Shown here: piece after piece, positions 8,562-18,129 of the stretch
How positions within the stretch are numbered: the stretch's first letter is position 1
Layout of the letters: every line of letters begins with the position of its first letter
Source: a virus
IMG/VR virus record: IMGVR_UViG_3300045988_088856
Span: 1-42,175 of that record
Strand: one strand, 5' to 3'
Length of the DNA: 42,175 nucleotides
Notes under the pieces: generated by a model
What the model was told of the DNA's origin: nothing
Databases searched by the model: none
What the model saw: the letters and a program-made list of their open reading frames with translations, nothing else
Position numbers and translations under genes: made by a program

Positions 8562-9152
8562 ATGAGAAAGAAAGAATTTTTATACTTGCAATTGTTTGCG
8601 GATGATCCTGGAAGCGGTGACGAAGGAGGTTCTGAACCAGAAGATAAATCGGGTGGCGCCGGAGGCCCAGAGCCACACGAAGATGATCCGAAGCCGGAAA
8701 AGAAATACACCGATGCGGAAGTAGATGAACTCATCAAACGCAAGAAGGCTGAATGGGAGAAGACCAGGCAGAAAGAGGACGATGAGGCAAAGAAGTTTGC
8801 CAAGATGAATGCTCAGGAGAAATCTGAGTACAAACAGCAGCAGCTGGAGAAACGTATCCAGGAGCTGGAGGATGAGAAAACGCTTTCTGGTATGCGTGAT
8901 GAGGCAAGGAAACAGCTTGCGGAGAAAGGAATCAATATTTCCGATGAGCTTCTGGCATTTATGGTGTCTAAGGATGCCAAGGAGACTAAAGAAGCTGTTG
9001 ATTCGTTCGCAAATTTATTTAATGCGGCCGTAAATGAGGCTGTCAAAGGGAAAGCCCGCCAGACCACACCAAAGGAAAGCGGACATTTTTCCAGTGGAAA
9101 GGCCGGCATCAATATTGGTGAGATGGCAAAGAAAGCAAGGATTATTAAATAA
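8562..9152 (+). CDS. Capsid scaffolding protein
   Basis: The protein is acidic and coiled-coil rich and lies directly before the major capsid gene. Its N-terminus is MRKKEFLYLQLFA-DD. Confidence 0.75.
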   Translation: MRKKEFLYLQLFADDPGSGDEGGSEPEDKSGGAGGPEPHEDDPKPEKKYTDAEVDELIKRKKAEWEKTRQKEDDEAKKFAKMNAQEKSEYKQQQLEKRIQELEDEKTLSGMRDEARKQLAEKGINISDELLAFMVSKDAKETKEAVDSFANLFNAAVNEAVKGKARQTTPKESGHFSSGKAGINIGEMAKKARIIK

Positions 9153-9166
9153 TGGAGGTAGATAGA

Positions 9167-10456
9167 ATGAATGTGATGAAACTGAATTTACAGTTGTTTG
9201 CCCAGACATTTGATCCGGATAATGTGACAATGTATGAGCATAAGGACGGAACAATCCCGGAGAAGTACAACACACTGATCCTGGAAGAGATCATGGAGAA
9301 CAGCAAAGTAATGCAGCTGGCCAGATATGAGGAAATGGATAGCAAAGAAAAGAAGTTTGAATATTTCGCAAAAGGACCAGGCGCTTACTGGGTTGGTGAG
9401 GGTGAGAAGATCCAGACATCTAAACCGCAGTGGATGCAGGTAACGATGGTAGCAAAGAAGCTGGGTGTCATCGTTCCATGCTCCAGAGAGTTTCTGCACT
9501 ACAAAATGTCTGACTTCTTTGAGCAGATGCGGCCAAAGATCGCAGAAGCTTTCTATAAGAAATTCGATGAGGCAGCTATCCTAAACATCGAAAACCCGTT
9601 TCCGCAGTCAGTGAATGAATCTGCACTGGCAGCGGGAAATCTCATCAGTGGCGGAATCACTTATGATAACATTCTGGCAATGGAGGATGCTCTGAATGAT
9701 GAGGACTACGATGCGAACGCTTTTATTTCTACGAAGAAGAACCGGAGCACGCTGCGGAACGTCAATAAGATTCAGAATGGCGTGATTGTGGAATCTCTGT
9801 ATGACAGAGGGGCAAATACAATTGACGGTCTTCCGGTTGTAGATTTGAAAGGACTGGATAAGGGGATTCTGTATGCCGGTGATTTCGATTATATGTACTA
9901 CGGCATCCCGTTCGGCATGTCCTACAAGATTGATGAGTCCGCGCAGCTGTCCACACTGAAAAATCCAGACGGTACCCCGGTCAATCTGTTTGAACAGGAG
10001 TTGGCGGCCCTCAGAGTAACGATGGATGTTGCTTTCATGATCGTGAAAGATGAAGCATTTGTGAAATTGGAAACAAAAGCGGAAATCAGTCCGGATAAAC
10101 TGACGATTCCGTCTCAGGGGCAGACCCTGTACGGCAAGAGAATTTCCTCCCTTATCGGAAGCGATGTGAAGGTTTATGAAGACGGAACTGTCACCGGAAC
10201 ATTCAAACACGTGACGGGATACACTGGATTTAATGAAAGTGTGCCGGAAGAACAGGAAGGTTATTTCTTCCCATTTAAACTGACCAAATCCGGAACGAAC
10301 ATGACATTCAAAAAGAACGGTTCTGAAACTAAGCAGAGCATTCCGTGGGAGGCAGATAATGTATTCCGGGTGACGAAAGGGGATACGTTTGAAGTGCTGG
10401 TAGATGAGGAATCTGTAGTTACATTCAACTTTGCCCAGGCTACCTTTGAAAAATAA
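9167..10456 (+). CDS. Major capsid protein with C-terminal Ig-like extension
   Basis: ATG lies 8 nt after GGAGG. The N-terminus MNVMKLNLQLFA-QTF mimics the L27 Prp site. Size and position fit a major capsid protein. Confidence 0.85.
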   Translation: MNVMKLNLQLFAQTFDPDNVTMYEHKDGTIPEKYNTLILEEIMENSKVMQLARYEEMDSKEKKFEYFAKGPGAYWVGEGEKIQTSKPQWMQVTMVAKKLGVIVPCSREFLHYKMSDFFEQMRPKIAEAFYKKFDEAAILNIENPFPQSVNESALAAGNLISGGITYDNILAMEDALNDEDYDANAFISTKKNRSTLRNVNKIQNGVIVESLYDRGANTIDGLPVVDLKGLDKGILYAGDFDYMYYGIPFGMSYKIDESAQLSTLKNPDGTPVNLFEQELAALRVTMDVAFMIVKDEAFVKLETKAEISPDKLTIPSQGQTLYGKRISSLIGSDVKVYEDGTVTGTFKHVTGYTGFNESVPEEQEGYFFPFKLTKSGTNMTFKKNGSETKQSIPWEADNVFRVTKGDTFEVLVDEESVVTFNFAQATFEK

Positions 10457-10490
10457 ATGGGTGATCTGATGCCGGAAAGGAGGCGGCGTT

Positions 10491-10823
10491 ATGCTGGAAG
10501 ATCTGAAGCGGATGCTGGGATTGCTCGATCAGAACGATGAAGACCTGGATGCCAAACTGAATTGGATTTTGAACACGACGCGGTCCCGGCTCAAGGTGCT
10601 CTTGGGTGGCATTGATCCAAGGGATGATCTAGACTATATCATCATAGAAGTGTCCATTGTCCGGTACAACCGGATTGGCTCAGAAGGGCTGTCTTCTCAC
10701 AATGTGGAAGGTGAAAATTCCAGTTTTTTAAGCTCTGATTTTGACCCATATATGGATGATATCCAGGCATACAAAGATATGAAAAACATTGACATATCCA
10801 AAGGAGGGATTCGCTGGGCATGA
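10491..10823 (+). CDS. Head-tail connector (gp6-like)
   Basis: The N-terminus MLEDLKRMLGLLDQNDEDLDAKLNWIL is typical of the family, and the position fits. Confidence 0.7.
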   Translation: MLEDLKRMLGLLDQNDEDLDAKLNWILNTTRSRLKVLLGGIDPRDDLDYIIIEVSIVRYNRIGSEGLSSHNVEGENSSFLSSDFDPYMDDIQAYKDMKNIDISKGGIRWA

Positions 10824-11152
10824 GGTATGACACACCTGTTTATTTCCAAAGATTCACCCCGCCGCGCTATGACCCATCAACCGGTGATTATGTGGAAGGC
10901 CCTGTGGAGGAATCCATGCGGTATGCTTCGGTCATGAATACCGGCACAGAGAGAATCATGCAGGTATACGGACAGATGAAGCAGGGAAGTCTGACTATTC
11001 AACTGCAGAATCATTATGACTGCCCATTCGACCGGATCCGTGTCGGCAATGCGGTGTATCAGGTGGATTCTTCCCGGAGGCTTCGCACAAAGCATACATT
11101 TATCGTATCGGAGGTGCAGGGGGATGCCAAAAGTAAAAATTGTGGGGATTGA
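10820..11152 (+). CDS. Head closure / head-tail adaptor protein (SPP1 gp16-like)
   Basis: Size, position and overlapping start/stop fit this role. Confidence 0.65.
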   Translation: MRYDTPVYFQRFTPPRYDPSTGDYVEGPVEESMRYASVMNTGTERIMQVYGQMKQGSLTIQLQNHYDCPFDRIRVGNAVYQVDSSRRLRTKHTFIVSEVQGDAKSKNCGD

Positions 11153-11459
11153 GAAGCTGCAGAGAAAGCTGAAAGATAATACGGATTTGTCTGCGGTGAG
11201 AACTGTGGTACAGAAGAATGGGGCAGATATGCAGACCAAAGCACAGCAGAATGCGCCGGTTGATACAGGAAATTTGAAGCGTAGCATCGGTCTTGCCATG
11301 CGTGACAGCGGGCTCACTGCGGAGGTAGAGCCAACTGCGGAATATGCGCCTTATGTGGAATTTGGTACCCGGTTTATGAACGCACAGCCTTATTTGAAGC
11401 CGGCTTTTGAAGAGCAGAAGGAGAAATTCAAAAAAGACATGGACAAGCTTGTGAGGTGA
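11124..11459 (+). CDS. HK97 gp10-family tail component
   Basis: The motifs APVDTGNLKRSI and YAPYVEFGT are present. ATG 11124 follows GAGGTGCAGGGGG. Confidence 0.8.
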   Translation: MPKVKIVGIEKLQRKLKDNTDLSAVRTVVQKNGADMQTKAQQNAPVDTGNLKRSIGLAMRDSGLTAEVEPTAEYAPYVEFGTRFMNAQPYLKPAFEEQKEKFKKDMDKLVR

Positions 11460-11463
11460 TAAC

Positions 11464-11847
11464 GTGGACCCGCAGCAGGAATTATTTACAGCATTATTAT
11501 TACAAATTGGAGATAAGGGATACGACGTATATGATACATTCCTTCCACCGGAGGGTACGCCGTATCCCTTTGTTTATCTGGCAGACAGCCATATGACCGA
11601 CGACGCCAACAAGACGGCAGTCTTCGGAAATGTCTTCCAGACAATCCATATCTGGCATAACAATCCGAGGCAGCGCGGCACGGTATCGCAGATGCTGCTG
11701 GAGATCAAGAGGATATGCCGGCGATTGGAACATACGGAGAATTTTGCCTGGCAGTTACGAAACGTAGACCAGCGGATTCTCCCAGATAACACGACAAAGA
11801 CTCCGCTTCTTCACGGCCTGTTAGAAGTGGAGTTTAAATTTTCATAG
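11464..11847 (+). CDS. Tail completion/terminator-like protein
   Basis: GTG start. The gene lies between the gp10-like protein and the major tail protein. Confidence 0.55.
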   Translation: MDPQQELFTALLLQIGDKGYDVYDTFLPPEGTPYPFVYLADSHMTDDANKTAVFGNVFQTIHIWHNNPRQRGTVSQMLLEIKRICRRLEHTENFAWQLRNVDQRILPDNTTKTPLLHGLLEVEFKFS

Positions 11848-11859
11848 GAGGTATAACAC

Positions 11860-12390
11860 ATGAATTTATATGGATTACAGCTGTTTACGGAAGCAGTCGC
11901 AGGCAAAAAGATTGTCTATCTGTACCGGATCGCCAAGGATGCCGCAACAAAAGCAGCGTGGCAGATTGCGTTTGCCACAGAAAACGGAAGGACAAAGAGC
12001 AAAGATGCCGATGCCACTGCCACAAAGGACGGCAGCATCCGGACGCCTGGAACTGCCGAAACAGAGATTACGGCAACTTCCATTCTGTCAAAAGGTGATA
12101 CGAACATTGACGCGCTGGAAGACGCTATGGATAGTGATGAGCTGATTGAAATCTGGGAAGCGAACCTGGATGAGCCCGCCAGCACTGGCCAGAACAAATT
12201 TAAAGGAATGTATTTCCAGGGATACATCACAGAGTTTGAAAAGACAACCAATGCGGAAGACAATGCAGAAATTTCGCTCACATTCGGAATTAACGGCAGC
12301 GGAGCAAGAGGAGAGGTTACGGTAACGGCAGAACAGCAGGATCAGGCAGCCTATGTATTTACCGATACGACCGTGCAGACAGAAGAATGA
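11860..12390 (+). CDS. Major tail protein (TP901-1/phi13 type)
   Basis: Size, position and Thr/Ala-rich sequence fit the family. RBS is GGAGG. Confidence 0.8.
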   Translation: MNLYGLQLFTEAVAGKKIVYLYRIAKDAATKAAWQIAFATENGRTKSKDADATATKDGSIRTPGTAETEITATSILSKGDTNIDALEDAMDSDELIEIWEANLDEPASTGQNKFKGMYFQGYITEFEKTTNAEDNAEISLTFGINGSGARGEVTVTAEQQDQAAYVFTDTTVQTEE

Positions 12391-12407
12391 TAAGGAGGAT
12401 TTAAGAT

Positions 12408-12755
12408 ATGTTTGAATTAGAAATCAATGGAAAAATGTACCCGTTTAAATTTGGTATTGGCTTTCTGCGTGAGATCAACAAGTCGCGGATTGTCAACGGA
12501 GAAGAGGTCGGCTTCCGGTACAATGTTGCCAACCTGATCGGTGAGGGTGACCCGACCAGCCTGTGCGACATTCTTATGGCCGCAAATAAAGGGCAGAGCC
12601 CACGGATTACCGCCAAAGATCTGGAGGGCTACATCGAAGAGGGGGAAGACATGGATGAACTGACGGAAAAGGTGGTTGATTTTTTAGAGAAGAACAACTG
12701 TACGAGGAAATTGATGGAGAAAGTGCAGACGGCACTCAAGGAACTCCAGGAATAA
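12408..12755 (+). CDS. Tail assembly chaperone (gpG-like)
   Basis: The gene lies between the major tail protein and the tape measure. It contains the slippery site. Confidence 0.8.
   Translation: MFELEINGKMYPFKFGIGFLREINKSRIVNGEEVGFRYNVANLIGEGDPTSLCDILMAANKGQSPRITAKDLEGYIEEGEDMDELTEKVVDFLEKNNCTRKLMEKVQTALKELQE
12680..12686 (+). promoter_or_regulatory. Programmed -1 ribosomal frameshift slippery heptamer T_TTT_TTA
   Basis: This is an X_XXY_YYZ heptamer in the 0 frame (GAT TTT TTA). The -1 frame has a TGA at 12677-12679 and is then open from 12680 to 13120. Confidence 0.75.
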
Positions 12756-13120
12756 TTGCTTGCCGGGAGGTAACGGAAGCAGATTATGAGGAAATTGCCC
12801 TCACCTGCTTCCGTTTTCTTCATTTGACTTCTTTTACTCAGGTTGATCAGCTCACAATGCGGGAGTATGAGCTGCTGGTAAGGGCGGCAGAACTTCGGGA
12901 TGTGGATACGGACTATCGGTTGCATGAGCAAGCGTTCCTGAATTTTGTGGTGCAGGGACGGAAGAAGAACGGAAGACCAGTTTACCGACGGTTTAAGCAG
13001 TTCTTTAATTACGTGCAGGAAGTCAAAGAAGTCATGGAAAAACGGAAGAAGGAAAAGAAGACAGACAGTCGTTTTGCCAGACTGAGCAAACACTTGAAGG
13101 AGAAAAGAGGTGACGGATAA
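12686..13120 (+). CDS. gpT-like extension of the tail chaperone, reached by -1 frameshift from 12408
   Basis: I checked the -1 frame codon by codon from 12680 to the stop at 13120. There is no convincing independent RBS for the TTG at 12824. Confidence 0.7.
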   Translation, partial: REEQLYEEIDGESADGTQGTPGIIACREVTEADYEEIALTCFRFLHLTSFTQVDQLTMREYELLVRAAELRDVDTDYRLHEQAFLNFVVQGRKKNGRPVYRRFKQFFNYVQEVKEVMEKRKKEKKTDSRFARLSKHLKEKRGDG

Positions 13121-16100
13121 TGCCGGAAAGTTATAGCGTAAAGGCCGTATTGTCTGCGGCGGATTCTGGGTTTACTGCCATGATGAATAAAGCGTCAAAA
13201 GTGACAGATTCTTTCGCGGATAAATTCAAAAGCGGGCTGGGGATTGGCGCCGGCATGGCCGTTGCCAACTCAGCGATCAGTACAGTATCAAACGGTATCC
13301 GGTCCATGGCCGGAGAGCTGAGCTCTGCCACAGCGACCTGGAAGACCTTCCGGTCCAACATGGACATTTCCGGAAAGAGTGAAAAGCAGATTGCCAAAGT
13401 GCAGAAGCAACTGCAGTCATTTGCGGAGCAGACCATTTACAGCTCATCCGATATGGCGTCCACCTATGCGCAGTTGTCGGCAGTCGGTACGAAAAGTACC
13501 ACGAAGCTGGTGAAAGGCTTCGGTGGCCTGGCATCGGCGGCAGAGAACCCTGCGCAGGCCATGAAGACATTGTCGCAGCAGGCAACGCAGATGGCGGCAA
13601 AACCGTACATCCAGTGGCAGGATTTTAAGCTGATGGTGGAACAGACACCGGCCGGCATTGCGGCGGTGGCAAAGCAGATGGGAAGATCAACCCAGCAGCT
13701 CATCAAAGATGTGCAGGCGGGGACCATAAGCACCCAGGAGTTCTTTGACGCCATAGCAGCGGCAGGGACATCCGAGAAATTCACAAAGATGGCAACGACA
13801 TACAAAACGGTCGGACAAGCCATGGATGGCCTGCAGGAGACGGCGGCCAATAAGCTGCAGCCAGCGTTTGAGAAGCTGTCGGATACCGGTGTGAAAGCCA
13901 TTTCGGCCATCATAGATAAACTGAGTGCCATTGACGGAAATGCACTGGCACAGAAGATTACACCGTTTACCAAGGCACTGAATAAAGTCATCAAGGGATT
14001 TTCAGAAGGCGGCATGGAGGGCGGTATCGCAGCCATCGAGCAGCATATGGGAAACCTGATACCAACAGCCCAGAAGATCGGCGGCGTGCTGGTAGCGGCA
14101 TTTGCGGTGACACATATCAATGATTTTGCCGGAGCGTTCCGCGGCGTCACAGGGCTGGTCAGCAAGTTTAAGATTCCGGAGAGCGTAACGAAGGGGCTGA
14201 GTTTTTCCGGAATATCGAAAAGTGCTTTAAAAAATGTCAGAGGTATTAAGAAATCCTTTGCATCCCTTGGCAGCGGCATTGATGATTATGGCGCAAAAAT
14301 CGCGATGTCTATGGAAGCCATCAGTCCGAAACTGTCAGAATCCGGCACCAAAGTATGGAGCGTGTTTGCCAATACGGGAGAAAAGATTTCTGGTTTTGGA
14401 AATAGCATTTCCAAAGGCCTGACCTCAAAAATCAAGGGCGCCACCAGTGCTCTTTCCTCTTTTGGTGGCCGGGTAGGTACAATTCTTGGGCCGATTCAGA
14501 CAGTAGCCAGCAGCATCCTGAATCTGGGAGGTACGGTGGCCAGTGGGCTCACATCCATGATGGGAGTGGCACTCAAGGCGATTATGCCGGCAGCCATGGT
14601 CGGTGTTGTTCTGGCAGGACTGGGACTGATTTATCAGCAGTTCGGAACGCAGATTGACCAGATGCTTGCCATGGCGCAGCAGCAGGGGCCGCAGATTATC
14701 AGTAATCTGGCGAATGGCATATCCAGCGCGCTGCCGGGGCTGATCAGTTCGGGCGCGCAGCTGGTGACTGGTCTGATGAATACAATCACGGCGAACCTGC
14801 CAGCGCTGATCGGTGGCGGTACTCAGATTATCGCGAGTCTTGTCAGCGGCGTGGCAGCAGCGGCACCGTCCCTGATTTCTTCAGCGGCGACCATGATTGG
14901 CCAGTTTGTGGTCAGCGTTGCATCGGCAATCCCGCAGCTGATTACCACGGGTATGCAGCTCCTTCTGGGATTGGCCCAGGGAGTTGTTGCCAGCCTGCCT
15001 ACATTGATCTCATCGGCCACGCAGGCAGTCACGTCGTTTATCAGTGGCATTGGCCAGAACCTGCCGCAGATTTTGACGACAGCAGCGCAGATCATCGCTA
15101 CGCTGGCGGGCGGCCTCATCGCGGCGATCCCGCAGCTGATTTCTGCCATTCCGACGGTCATTTCGTCTCTGGTTGATACAATCATGAGTACGGACTGGAT
15201 TTCAGTAGGTATTCAGATTGTCAGCGCCATTGGAGAGGGTATCTTCGGAGGACTTTCTAAGATTGGCGGAAAGATTGGTTCCTTCTTTGGCGGTATCGGT
15301 GATTGGTTCGCCGGCGGTAAAAAAGGCGGTGAGGAAACGTCTTCTGGTGCTGCAGAGGGAATTGCGGCCGGGTCTTCCAACGTCACCACGGCGGCCTCCA
15401 ATGTGACCAATGATGTGACGCAGACCTTCTCTGCCGGAGCCGGTGCTGCGAAGAGTGCCGGCAGCGAGATTGGCAGCGGGTTCAGTACGGAGTTATTGTC
15501 CGGACTGGGAGATTCCGCATCGATCACGACCCAAAACATGGATGATATCACCTCGTCCATGGAGAAACCAGCGGGAACATCGAAAAAGGCCGGAAAGCAG
15601 ACGGGAACCGGATACACCAATGCCCTGAAAAATGGGTTGAACAAAGCACCAGGCATTGCATCACAGGCAGTATCCAAAGTGATTGCCCGGTTGAATTCCG
15701 GTGCTGCCGGAGCAAGGGCGGCCGGTACCCAGATCAGCGCCGGTTTTGCGGCCGGCATGAACGCTTATCTGTCCCAGATTGAAGCGGCGGCGAGCCGGAT
15801 GGTTGCGGCAGCCAATAAGGCTATCACGGCCAAGGCAAAGATCCATTCTCCGTCCAGAGTGACGGCCGGATATGGTAAAGATTATGTGGCCGGATTCGTT
15901 AAGGCAATCAAAAAGAATACAAAGGCCGCCGCCAAGGCAGCGCGGAGCCTGGCACAAACAACGCTTGCGGCCATGAAACAGGCAATTGCTGGTGGAAATT
16001 ATCAATCTATGGCAGACAGTCTGGGAGAGTCCTATGAGGCGACAGTCAATAAGCAGACCTCCAAGCAGGAAAAGACCATCAAGAAGAAATATAATTCCAT

Positions 16101-17280
16101 CACAAAGCGGCTGGAGAAGTCAGATAAGAAGCTGGAAAAGCAGGAGAAGAAGGCAAAGGGTAACCGGAAGAAGAATATCCAGGCCCAGCGCAAAGAGATT
16201 GAAAAACAGCAAAAAAAGCTGGAGAAGAGCTATAACAAGTATACAAAGTCTCTGGAGAATCAGGCAAGCCAGATGATCTCCGCCACGCAGAGTCAGCTCT
16301 CTTCTCTGGGCGAGACCTTCCAGTCTCAGTACGACGACATCATCAGCAAGAGGGATGCCTTTTATGACAAGCTTTCCGATGTCGGAGATCTGATGACGTC
16401 TGACAGCTATGGATTTACGTCCTTCAAGGACTTTGACGCTGCGACCAAACAGGTGGAGCAGTACGGAAAGAATCTGGAGAAACTGAAAAAGATCATGCCG
16501 AGTGGGTTCATGGATGAGATCCTTGGCATGGACATGGCAGAAGGGCTCAATTATACCAATGCTCTCCTGAAAAAGAGTGACGCTGAACTGATTGCCTACG
16601 GAAAGAGCTATCAAAAATTTACCGATGCGGCAAATAGGGTATCAAAAACCTATTATCAGGAACAGCTGGATCTGCTGAATAAAAACTATATCAGTCAGGT
16701 TACGGCGGCGCTTTCAGAACTGGACGCACAGATCGCGCAGATTGGTAAAAATGTGGCGGAGAGTTTAACGCAAGTGGCCACTACCGTCACAAATACAACT
16801 GTGGGAAAACAGATTTCAGCGACTACTAAGATCGGCGAGGATATCTCGTCTGGGTTAGCCAATGGTATTTCGTCCAAAAAGAGCCAGAAAAAGGTAAAAA
16901 AGGCCACGAAGAAGACGGCAAAAACGGCGACCAAAAACACCAAAAAGAAGCTGAAATCGCATTCTCCGTCCAAAGTATTTTATGGTATCGGCGCAGATAC
17001 TATCCAGGGATTTGTCAATGCGGTCCTGGGCATGCGGCATGTGGTCGCACGGACCATGGACCGGGTAATCAGCATTCCGGCCACGCCGCGCATGGCCTTC
17101 GCGGGCAGTTATGATGGAGAACTCAACGAAAAGTACCAATATGGTTACTATATGGACGGAACGATTGAAGTACCGGTTGTCATTGATGGCAAAGAAGTGG
17201 CCAGAGTATCTGCGCCATATACGGCCGTACAGCTGAACAAACAGCAGAAGCGGGAAAACCGGAAGAAAGGCATTGCATAA
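13120..17280 (+). CDS. Tape measure protein
   Basis: The protein is 1386 aa with Ala/Gly-rich hydrophobic repeats and coiled coils, and lies after the chaperone pair. Confidence 0.9.
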   Translation: MPESYSVKAVLSAADSGFTAMMNKASKVTDSFADKFKSGLGIGAGMAVANSAISTVSNGIRSMAGELSSATATWKTFRSNMDISGKSEKQIAKVQKQLQSFAEQTIYSSSDMASTYAQLSAVGTKSTTKLVKGFGGLASAAENPAQAMKTLSQQATQMAAKPYIQWQDFKLMVEQTPAGIAAVAKQMGRSTQQLIKDVQAGTISTQEFFDAIAAAGTSEKFTKMATTYKTVGQAMDGLQETAANKLQPAFEKLSDTGVKAISAIIDKLSAIDGNALAQKITPFTKALNKVIKGFSEGGMEGGIAAIEQHMGNLIPTAQKIGGVLVAAFAVTHINDFAGAFRGVTGLVSKFKIPESVTKGLSFSGISKSALKNVRGIKKSFASLGSGIDDYGAKIAMSMEAISPKLSESGTKVWSVFANTGEKISGFGNSISKGLTSKIKGATSALSSFGGRVGTILGPIQTVASSILNLGGTVASGLTSMMGVALKAIMPAAMVGVVLAGLGLIYQQFGTQIDQMLAMAQQQGPQIISNLANGISSALPGLISSGAQLVTGLMNTITANLPALIGGGTQIIASLVSGVAAAAPSLISSAATMIGQFVVSVASAIPQLITTGMQLLLGLAQGVVASLPTLISSATQAVTSFISGIGQNLPQILTTAAQIIATLAGGLIAAIPQLISAIPTVISSLVDTIMSTDWISVGIQIVSAIGEGIFGGLSKIGGKIGSFFGGIGDWFAGGKKGGEETSSGAAEGIAAGSSNVTTAASNVTNDVTQTFSAGAGAAKSAGSEIGSGFSTELLSGLGDSASITTQNMDDITSSMEKPAGTSKKAGKQTGTGYTNALKNGLNKAPGIASQAVSKVIARLNSGAAGARAAGTQISAGFAAGMNAYLSQIEAAASRMVAAANKAITAKAKIHSPSRVTAGYGKDYVAGFVKAIKKNTKAAAKAARSLAQTTLAAMKQAIAGGNYQSMADSLGESYEATVNKQTSKQEKTIKKKYNSITKRLEKSDKKLEKQEKKAKGNRKKNIQAQRKEIEKQQKKLEKSYNKYTKSLENQASQMISATQSQLSSLGETFQSQYDDIISKRDAFYDKLSDVGDLMTSDSYGFTSFKDFDAATKQVEQYGKNLEKLKKIMPSGFMDEILGMDMAEGLNYTNALLKKSDAELIAYGKSYQKFTDAANRVSKTYYQEQLDLLNKNYISQVTAALSELDAQIAQIGKNVAESLTQVATTVTNTTVGKQISATTKIGEDISSGLANGISSKKSQKKVKKATKKTAKTATKNTKKKLKSHSPSKVFYGIGADTIQGFVNAVLGMRHVVARTMDRVISIPATPRMAFAGSYDGELNEKYQYGYYMDGTIEVPVVIDGKEVARVSAPYTAVQLNKQQKRENRKKGIA

Positions 17281-17295
17281 AGGAGGGAGAAGACA

Positions 17296-18129
17296 ATGAT
17301 GTATTCGTTTGTAGATACCAATGGATGTCCGTCGGATACCGCTCTTCCGGCAGAGGCGATGAATTTCAACGGTGTCTTCCTGGAAAATGAGATAGAGGGG
17401 TACCGGACGCTTTATGTGAGCGGCCGGGAATCCCTGGCTCCGGAGCTGGATACCTATGATACCGGCGCTAGGGCGGGAGCGTCATTAAAACGCCGGCGCT
17501 TCCCTACCCGACCGATAACAGTCGGATATCAGCTACTGTCCCGGACACCGGAAGACTTCCGGCAGGCATTTAACAAGATGGCCCGGATTTTAAATGTTCA
17601 GGAAGGCCGGATGGTGTTTGCGGATGAACCGGATAAATATTTCACGGGAACCTTGTCCAGCATGGGTGATATTGAGCCTGGCAGAAATAACATCACAGCA
17701 GAATTGGAATTCACCTGTCTGGATCCGTTCAAATATTCCGTGGAAGAAACCTTGTATTCCCTGCGGACTCTGAGCCGCGTCGAATACGAGGGAACACAGC
17801 CGTGTTATCCGCGGATCCGCTGGGACATCAAGGGTAATACTGGGTATGTGGGCGCGTTCCTGAGGGATGCGTCTACAATTATTCAGATTGGAAATCCGGA
17901 TGAAAGCCAGATGACCAGTAACACCTTCGCCGCCGGCGACGTGGTGGTGGCGGATTGCGCCAGCGCAACTATCACTGTCAACGGCGTGATACGGGATGAC
18001 CTGGGCGCTGTGGGTAATGACTGGGAGTCATTTTTGCTGACGCCAGGAGAAAATCTCATCGGCGCCTTGTCTTCTTCCTGGGCGCAACGCCCGGATATCA
18101 CACTTGCCGTGCGGGAGGTGTGGTTATGA
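17296..18129 (+). CDS. Distal tail protein (Dit)
   Basis: The protein is 277 aa and lies directly after the tape measure. Confidence 0.7.
   Translation: MMYSFVDTNGCPSDTALPAEAMNFNGVFLENEIEGYRTLYVSGRESLAPELDTYDTGARAGASLKRRRFPTRPITVGYQLLSRTPEDFRQAFNKMARILNVQEGRMVFADEPDKYFTGTLSSMGDIEPGRNNITAELEFTCLDPFKYSVEETLYSLRTLSRVEYEGTQPCYPRIRWDIKGNTGYVGAFLRDASTIIQIGNPDESQMTSNTFAAGDVVVADCASATITVNGVIRDDLGAVGNDWESFLLTPGENLIGALSSSWAQRPDITLAVREVWL

Noticed and set aside
10268-10278. An 11-mer TTCCCATTTAA inside the major capsid gene, identical to the inverted core of the shufflon sites.
   Set aside because: The flanks do not match either outer-arm type, and it encodes FPFK of the capsid protein. Recombination with site A would invert 10 kb of essential genes. 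It is most likely a chance match, though it could be checked in the read data.
13464-14279. Long antisense ORFs inside large genes. Examples are 13464-14279 (-), 18132-18995 (-), 9608-10210 (-), 36261-37070 (-), 38321-39133 (-) and 27639-28550 (+).
   Set aside because: They lie fully within confidently assigned genes on the other strand. They lack RBSs and have low-complexity, Arg/Pro/Ser-rich composition typical of shadow frames.
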